A stretch of DNA of 57,289 nt from NCBI GenBank assembly GCA_038235345.1, contig JBBSUB010000001.1, positions 1 to 57,289 of the forward strand, read 5' to 3'. Positions within the stretch are counted from its first letter, which is position 1. Each line of letters begins with the position of its first letter. Positions 51,381 to 57,289 of this stretch are shown piece by piece. The stretch comes from Chitinophagales bacterium. Its GTDB lineage: Bacteria; Bacteroidota; Bacteroidia; Chitinophagales; Chitinophagaceae. The notes under the pieces were generated by a model that searched no databases, was not told the DNA's origin, and saw nothing but the letters and a program-made list of their open reading frames with translations. Made by a program: the position numbers and the translations under genes.

Positions 51381-53174
51381 ATGAATAAGATTATTGTACT
51401 ATTAATTATAACACTTTTTACTCTAACATCATGTATGAAAGATACTAGTGCTTATTTAGCTCAAACCAAAAAAGAGGTAACAATAGATCATTTTGATTCC
51501 GATAGTACGACTTCTGTAAGTAAAGAAGGGGAGTTATCCCCCGGAATACATCAGGTGAAAATAATGGTAACCTATAAAGGGATCGAGTCAGAAAGGAAGT
51601 TTAAATATTTTATGCCTGTGTCAATTGACAGGACCAAACAAATATCTCTTGTTTTTAACTTTCACGGAAGTTTAGGGCCTGGTGTGAATCCTTTGGAAAA
51701 TGTGTCTATGAACCACCCTCTTTCGCAATTGGCTATAAAAGAAAACTGTATAATTGTATTTCCTGCAGGTGAAGATAATGGTTCAGCGGTGAACTGGCAA
51801 AGTACAGATTATCACCTCCCTTTTGTTGACTCAATGTTGACTTATTTTAAGAATCATACACCCTCTCCTGATATAAACAGAATTTACACCTGCGGCCATT
51901 CAAGCGGAGCAATTTTCTCATTTGCACTTGCTTATGAGCGTTCGGAGATATTTGCTGCAGCAGTTCCTGTTTCCGGACAGATGAAGCTTACATCTTCTCA
52001 GATACCTTCAAGAGAGGTTCCGATAAGGGCATTTAATGGTAAAAATGATAAAACTGTTGTTTACAGTGCTGCCCTGGATAATATAAAAGCATGGGCGCGT
52101 ACCATCGGGGGATACTTTATATCAGATGCTGTTATGAGCGACACGCTAAAGATCGATAACTATAAACAATATCTAACAACTGCTTGGCATGGAGGTAAGG
52201 CAGATATAGAGTTTTTTACAATAGCTGATGAAGGTCATGATATCTCATGGAATTATATAATGCCCCTGATGTGGGAGTTTATGGATACTCATCCGAAGGA
52301 TAAGATATCTTCCGGTGTATATTTATCTTCTGAAATTAAGAAAATTGATGCGATGGTGGGCGAAACGTTTACTTCTTTAATTAAGTATTCTCCCGGAGCA
52401 AATGTTAGTCTGCAATCTTACCCCACTGACTGGACAGTGTCTTTTATAAACGATGTATTAACTGTAACAGCTCCCACTGACTTCTTTTCTTCCACCACTA
52501 TAAACAGGAAAGGGGAGATCGTTTTGAAAGCTGAGTATAACGGAGTCTCCTCAACTTTATCTATTCCATACATTTTAAATGCCCCAAAATTATTTTACGA
52601 GGTAGGAGATATTGAATATGATAGTGATTTTAACCCCATCGGAGTTGTATTTTGGGTTAATCCTCAAAATATTAAAGAGGCAAAGATTATTGCTCTTGAT
52701 AACGTTACAAAAAAGTTTGGCGATGTTGGAAGTAATTTCTTTACGCCAAGTTTCACAGACGGATATAGTAATACACTTGCCTTGATTGAAAGGGTAAAAT
52801 CGGCAAACTTAAATCTTGATGCATCCACAAGTGCTTTTATTTATGCCTATGAGTATAAGGCGTCTCGGGGAATGACTAATGGTTGGTATCTTCCGGCAGT
52901 AGATGAGCTTAAATCAGTTGATCAAAATCTTACACTTGTAAATAGCGCTTTGACAGCGAACGGAACTCCGCTACAGATTACATCTTCTGCATCTTCTTAT
53001 CATCTTTCTTCTACAATGGTAAATGAGGGAACGGTAGCAGTCCCCAAAAAAATGTTTTATACGTTTGACTTTCACTCGAATCCAAATTTTCATGGATATT
53101 ATAAACTCGCCCAAAAAGGAGATAATACCTCATTTGTTTCTACACGTCCTATTAAAAAAGTAATTAAACTCTAA
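51381..53174 (+). CDS. Lipoprotein: PHB-depolymerase/LpqC-like esterase fused to a C-terminal DUF1566/C-type-lectin-fold-like domain
   Basis: Lipobox LTSC; VFNFHG, RIYTCGHSSGA nucleophile, FAAAVPVSG, GKND, EGH; C-terminal EVGD..IGVVF, DGYSNT, GWYLPAVDEL, LSST, TRPI. Confidence 0.8.
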   Translation: MNKIIVLLIITLFTLTSCMKDTSAYLAQTKKEVTIDHFDSDSTTSVSKEGELSPGIHQVKIMVTYKGIESERKFKYFMPVSIDRTKQISLVFNFHGSLGPGVNPLENVSMNHPLSQLAIKENCIIVFPAGEDNGSAVNWQSTDYHLPFVDSMLTYFKNHTPSPDINRIYTCGHSSGAIFSFALAYERSEIFAAAVPVSGQMKLTSSQIPSREVPIRAFNGKNDKTVVYSAALDNIKAWARTIGGYFISDAVMSDTLKIDNYKQYLTTAWHGGKADIEFFTIADEGHDISWNYIMPLMWEFMDTHPKDKISSGVYLSSEIKKIDAMVGETFTSLIKYSPGANVSLQSYPTDWTVSFINDVLTVTAPTDFFSSTTINRKGEIVLKAEYNGVSSTLSIPYILNAPKLFYEVGDIEYDSDFNPIGVVFWVNPQNIKEAKIIALDNVTKKFGDVGSNFFTPSFTDGYSNTLALIERVKSANLNLDASTSAFIYAYEYKASRGMTNGWYLPAVDELKSVDQNLTLVNSALTANGTPLQITSSASSYHLSSTMVNEGTVAVPKKMFYTFDFHSNPNFHGYYKLAQKGDNTSFVSTRPIKKVIKL

Positions 53175-53469
53175 GCGGAGGATAGAATCTTGTTATTATT
53201 TTATTCTTTATGGCTGAATCTATTGATGTGAAAAGTAAGGGTAATATCTTGTTTGAAGATTTAAATTTTATAGATTCAAAAGGATGTTTAGGATAGCAAA
53301 CTTATTTTTCTGAATGGTTTAATTAAAGGTGGGGTAAAATAATATAGAGCAAAAATGCAATCTATATGCTTAAACAATTTTATTTCCCATTTTAGTTGTG
53401 TTTAGGCCAAAAATGTTATTTAAATAGGCTTATACACTATAATTATTATTTATAAAAAAAAACAGTACA

Positions 53470-54666
53470 ATGAACAAAAATATTTTTATAGGTATCATTA
53501 CCTTATTGTTAAGTAGCAACATAGCCCGGTCACAAGCACCGAAAAGTATTGACTTCAAAAACATCTCTTTTTCCGAAGCACTTACACTTGCAAAAGAAAG
53601 CAATAAGCCTATTTTTATTGACTGTTATACTTCCTGGTGCGCCCCCTGTAAAAAAATGGATCAAACGGTTTTTGTAAATGATACCATTTACGAGTTTTAT
53701 AACGCTCATTTTGTCAACCTTAAAATTGATATGGAGAAAGGCGAAGGAGTAGACCTGGCTAAGAAATATAAAGTAGGTTCTTTTCCTACTTATTTATTTG
53801 TTGATTCCAAGGGGGAAATTGTTCACCGTTCTGCATCACTGATGCCGGTAAAGGACTTTTTAGAAGAAGGTAAAAAGGCGCTGGAACCTTCCACATCTTA
53901 CTCTGCTTTGGCAAAAAAGTACGCGGAAGGGGATAGGTCTAAAGAGCTTTTATTAAGATATGCAGTGGATCTTAAAAGGATCAATCGTTCCGAATCCGAT
54001 AAAGTTGCTTTAGAACTAATGGATAAAATTACCGGAGAAGACCTGCATAGCGAATTTGGCTGGAAAGTCATTGAAGAGTTTTCTATGTCTGAACGTGACA
54101 AACCAGGAAAATATTTGATGTCAAATAAAAAATATTTTGTTGACTTGAAAGGAGAAACGCAAGTGCAAACTGTTTTAAACAGACTCAAAATGTCTGATAT
54201 GTATCGCTTGATTAGGGCAAAGGATAGTGTTCAGTTCTTTAAAAATCTGCGGGAAATGAGTCAGGATAATAATGAACTAACTCAAAGAAACGTGGCAATG
54301 CTGGAAATGCAATATTATCTGGAAGTCAATAATGCGGACTTATTTGTCTCCGCAGCGCAAAAGGCCAGAGAAGGAGTGTTGAAAATGAATGATGTTGATT
54401 TAAGCTTTATTGCAAGAAGGGCACTATACATGGCTGCCGGTAATGATAAAATAAAAAAGGAAGCTTTGGAGTTGGCAAGGCAGGCGGTGGTTTTAAACCC
54501 GGAAGAGTATAGTAACCAGGGAACCTTGGGCAGCATTTGTTTAGAAATGAAACTGAAGAAGGAAGGCCTTAAGGCTGCTAAAAAAGCAAGAGCACTGGCA
54601 GATGAATCTACCTCTAAAATTCAAAAAATTGCGCAGGACCTGGTAGATAAAATTGAAGCCATATAA
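53470..54666 (+). CDS. Secreted thioredoxin-family protein with helical/TPR-like C-terminus
   Basis: Signal peptide, IFIDCYTSWCAPCKKM, KIDMEKGEG, FPTYLF. Confidence 0.9.
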   Translation: MNKNIFIGIITLLLSSNIARSQAPKSIDFKNISFSEALTLAKESNKPIFIDCYTSWCAPCKKMDQTVFVNDTIYEFYNAHFVNLKIDMEKGEGVDLAKKYKVGSFPTYLFVDSKGEIVHRSASLMPVKDFLEEGKKALEPSTSYSALAKKYAEGDRSKELLLRYAVDLKRINRSESDKVALELMDKITGEDLHSEFGWKVIEEFSMSERDKPGKYLMSNKKYFVDLKGETQVQTVLNRLKMSDMYRLIRAKDSVQFFKNLREMSQDNNELTQRNVAMLEMQYYLEVNNADLFVSAAQKAREGVLKMNDVDLSFIARRALYMAAGNDKIKKEALELARQAVVLNPEEYSNQGTLGSICLEMKLKKEGLKAAKKARALADESTSKIQKIAQDLVDKIEAI

Positions 54667-54710
54667 TTTATTTATTCTAACGATCATCCTAAAATTTAAA
54701 ATTAACATTC

Positions 54711-55844
54711 ATGGACAAAATTCTGTATTCTCTGTGTCTTCTTATTTTTTGTTCTTCAGCAACGCATGCCCAGAAAAAAGGCGATATTCAGGGAGAAGTA
54801 AAGTCTGCTTCTAAGATTAAAAAGATATCCTTGAACTATCGTATCGGCGAAGAATCCATAACCGATAGTGCAGAAGTTAAAAGTGGGCGCTTCCACTTTA
54901 CTTATACTGTAAGCGAACCAACCTTTGCGATGATACGCTTGATATATGCGCCTAAAGAAGGTAGTGAGAGACAGGGGTATGAGGCAAGGCAAATCTTTCT
55001 GGAAACAGGGATTTCAAACAAAATTGTGATCAATGATTCCTTAAAGAATGCAATGGTAAATGGTGGTGCGGCTATGAGCGATTTTAAACAATTGCAAAGT
55101 ATGCTGGATCCTATTGAAAAACAAAGAAGAGAATTCAATGAAAAGTATAGAGAATATTCTAAGAACAAAGATACTGCAGGCATGCAAAAAATACGCGGAT
55201 TGATGGAAGTGGCGGATGGTAATTCAATCGAAGATGTATATCACCGTTTTTTGAAAAACAACCCAAAATCTCCCATAGGAATATATGTGCTGGATCGGTT
55301 TTCCGGATACGCAATTGATCCCGCCATAGCAGAGCCTTTATTCAATAAATTATCTGTGGCTAATCAGAAATCGGAGTCGGGCCGCGCCTTTAAAGAAAGA
55401 ATAGAAACAGCAAAGAAAACTACTGTAGGGGTTATTGCTATGAATTTTACCCAAAATGATACTTTAGGTAAGCCCGTATCCTTGACTGATTTCAAAGGCA
55501 AATATGTATTGATTGATTTTTGGGCAAGTTGGTGTGGTCCTTGTCGGCAAGAAAATCCCAATTTGGTTAGTGCTTTTAACCAATATAAAGATAAAAACTT
55601 TACCGTTTTAGGTATTTCGCTTGATCAGCCCGGGAAGGAACAGTTATGGTTAGACGCAATTCATAAAGATGAGCTACATTGGACTCAGTTGAGTGATTTG
55701 AAGTTTTGGGATAATGCTGTAGCGAAACTATACGGTATCAGGTCCATTCCACAGAATTTACTATTAGATCCCTCCGGAAAAATAATCGCCAAAAATATAC
55801 GCGGGGAAGAACTTCATACAACACTGAAGAAGCACATTAAATAA
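54711..55844 (+). CDS. TlpA/AhpC-TSA family thiol-disulfide oxidoreductase (paralog of 41299-42426)
   Basis: LIDFWASWCGPCRQENP, WTQLSDLKFW, IPQNLLLDP, KIIAKNIRGEEL. Confidence 0.93.
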   Translation: MDKILYSLCLLIFCSSATHAQKKGDIQGEVKSASKIKKISLNYRIGEESITDSAEVKSGRFHFTYTVSEPTFAMIRLIYAPKEGSERQGYEARQIFLETGISNKIVINDSLKNAMVNGGAAMSDFKQLQSMLDPIEKQRREFNEKYREYSKNKDTAGMQKIRGLMEVADGNSIEDVYHRFLKNNPKSPIGIYVLDRFSGYAIDPAIAEPLFNKLSVANQKSESGRAFKERIETAKKTTVGVIAMNFTQNDTLGKPVSLTDFKGKYVLIDFWASWCGPCRQENPNLVSAFNQYKDKNFTVLGISLDQPGKEQLWLDAIHKDELHWTQLSDLKFWDNAVAKLYGIRSIPQNLLLDPSGKIIAKNIRGEELHTTLKKHIK

Positions 55845-55864
55845 TTATATACGCTTGTAAGTTG

Positions 55865-55924
55865 ATTGCTTCTCATGTAGCAATTTTTAGTTTGAATTTG
55901 AGGGAGTGTTTCTACACTCCCTTT
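55865..55924 (+). ncRNA. Two-hairpin 3' element / terminator (copy 2)
   Basis: ATTGCT-tctcatgt-AGCAAT then GGGAGTG-tttcta-CACTCCC-ttt. Confidence 0.6.
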
Positions 55925-55977
55925 CGTTAATTCCCTTAAATCTCCCTGCAGTAATGTGTTTTCATCAAATCCTTCAC

Positions 55978-56003
55978 AAAAAAAGCCGCTCTACAAAGCG
56001 GCT
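55978..56003 (-). terminator. Intrinsic terminator of the DUF6266-like gene
   Basis: aaaaaaAGCCGCT-ctacaa-AGCGGCT with U-tail on the minus strand. Confidence 0.75.
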
Positions 56004-56030
56004 CAAAAAATTCAAACTTCCAGCGGTTTT

Positions 56031-56672
56031 TTATAAAATTGTTATTGCCCCGGTAAAGATACTTGTAGCCACCTCCCTTCCATCCTCGGAAATGAAGGCT
56101 ACCCAGGTTTGAACCTCCTTACCTGTAAATGCGAATAGATCTAACTGGGCTTCTTCATCCTCGCGGGAAGGCCCCTCATCCGTGTAGATAAATTGTTGCA
56201 TTTCCGGGCAATAGGCTACCAGAATAGAACGATCGTCGTTCTTCGTTTTGCCTGCACCTGTATTATTTACCCAGGTAAAAACAACCAGGCCATCAGGTAC
56301 TGCCTCTACTGCAGGGTTAACCGCATTGGGCATATCCCCACGGCTTACCAGGATCCGGCTATAGTCAATAGCAAAATCGGGGTAGAAGCCGGTGATGGCA
56401 TTTCGAAGATTATAACTCATGGCGCTGTTGGCACCTGTCATTCGTATTGCAAAACTTTTGAACGTCCTGGAGAGTAGGTTCGTCAGGGGTTGTTGAAATC
56501 TTGCAATGAGAGCAAACTTCATTTGTTGCTCTTTTTGTTTTTGGGTTGTAGTCGCGTTTTTTTTGCGGGAGCTTACACTGCGCATATAATCTATGCCTTT
56601 CCAGCTTCCGCCGATGACGTTTCCTACTTTACCGGAGAATCCGCCAAGGATTCCTTTTTGAATTGTTCCCAT
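56031..56672 (-). CDS. DUF6266-like protein
   Basis: GILGGFSGKVGNVIG.SWKGIDYMRS N-terminus, IDYSRILVSRG, C-terminal F.S.DG.EV.TS.F.G. Confidence 0.85.
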   Translation of the reverse strand: MGTIQKGILGGFSGKVGNVIGGSWKGIDYMRSVSSRKKNATTTQKQKEQQMKFALIARFQQPLTNLLSRTFKSFAIRMTGANSAMSYNLRNAITGFYPDFAIDYSRILVSRGDMPNAVNPAVEAVPDGLVVFTWVNNTGAGKTKNDDRSILVAYCPEMQQFIYTDEGPSREDEEAQLDLFAFTGKEVQTWVAFISEDGREVATSIFTGAITIL

Positions 56673-56925
56673 AGTTTTTGTTTTTTAAGGGTTTTAGAAT
56701 TGATTCATTGAAATTGTTGCTGTTAGTTTAAATTTTTTGCGGGGCAACCTGAACCATTAACGGGTACAAATTCACTTTGTTATGTATTATAAAATAATTG
56801 CTTTCGTATTCTTCCAACTGCTTTCACATGCTTATTAATTCTGCCACTTGCCCGAGGGTTATACGGTTTGCCACTCCTTGCCGCCATTTGCTGGTATAAT
56901 TTCTTCTGTTTCATACAGAAGATTT

Positions 56926-56978
56926 CTTCGGGTCTCCTTCGGGTCATGTTCGGGACATGTCTTGAGGGTGCATCGGGG
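56926..56978. repeat. ~11-bp-period tandem TTCGGG repeats
   Basis: cTTCGGGtctc cTTCGGGtcat gTTCGGGacat, then degenerate units (gaGGG, aTCGGG). Confidence 0.7.
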
Positions 56979-57078
56979 AACCGCTGTTTTCCTGGAATGC
57001 ATGTTTTTAAATTTCAAAAAATGGGCAAAAGAGGAGCGGGTTGGGACCCGGGGAAGGGGGCAATTAATGAACTTTACC

Positions 57079-57125
57079 CCATGGTTCGTGTCCTTTCACG
57101 GACAACTCCATGGTTCGTGTCCTTT
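57079..57125. repeat. 18-bp perfect direct repeat, 29-bp period
   Basis: ccatggttcgtgtccttt at 57079-57096 and 57108-57125. Confidence 0.85.
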
Positions 57126-57289
57126 AGGTTTGTATTCATTAATTATTAAATCACATTACTATTATTACTACTTTTCTTTTTTTGGTTCTTTTTTTCTTTT
57201 AGAATTCACTATTTTATGTGGATAAACACTAACCAGCAGCAGCGGCTCATTAAGTTCCGTGTCAAGGTTAAATACCTATGTGGGGATAG

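Noticed and set aside
52580-53174. Diversity-generating retroelement target (CLec-like C-terminus)
   Set aside because: No reverse transcriptase and no template repeat differing at adenines found in the window
57079-57125. CRISPR array
   Set aside because: Only two 18-bp repeats with an 11-nt spacer and no cas genes
56848-57225. ORFs 56848-57225 and 56868-57149
   Set aside because: They run through repeat-rich, low-complexity intergenic DNA and show no recognisable motifs

Overview
AT-rich Bacteroidota chromosomal window, most likely Chitinophagaceae-like, judged from TAnnTTTG promoters, SusC/SusD pairs and gene content. The left half is mostly housekeeping: purQ, an MFS transporter, an ECF sigma, uvrA, a vapBC-type TA pair, glyA, a nucleotidyltransferase, a FabK/NMO-like flavoenzyme, SLBB export plus Wzz-like genes, riboflavin synthase, rpsU-xerC-hpf, a tRNA cluster, tuf, secE, nusG and rplKAJL. 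A ~7 kb block separates nusG from rplK. It holds a Zn-ribbon protein divergent from a tail-less ssb across a long palindrome, a PIF1-like helicase, a pseudogene and a LytS/LytTR pair. After rplL come two SusC/D loci instead of rpoB. The first is a small HexNAc-type PUL (SusC, SusD, BACON lipoprotein, GH20). The second is a CAZyme-free ECF-sigma/FecR/SusC/SusD locus with two serine hydrolases and three CxxC thiol oxidoreductases; it shows a thrice-repeated promoter motif GGGGTAA-N15-ACTCT, a duplicated structured 3' RNA element and an in-frame TGA splitting susC. Other non-coding features are a REPIN/MITE-like inverted-repeat element, a duplicated decayed tRNA-Thr, and ~11-bp-phased repeats upstream of a DUF6266-like gene. 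All annotations come from reading motifs by eye; no database search was run.
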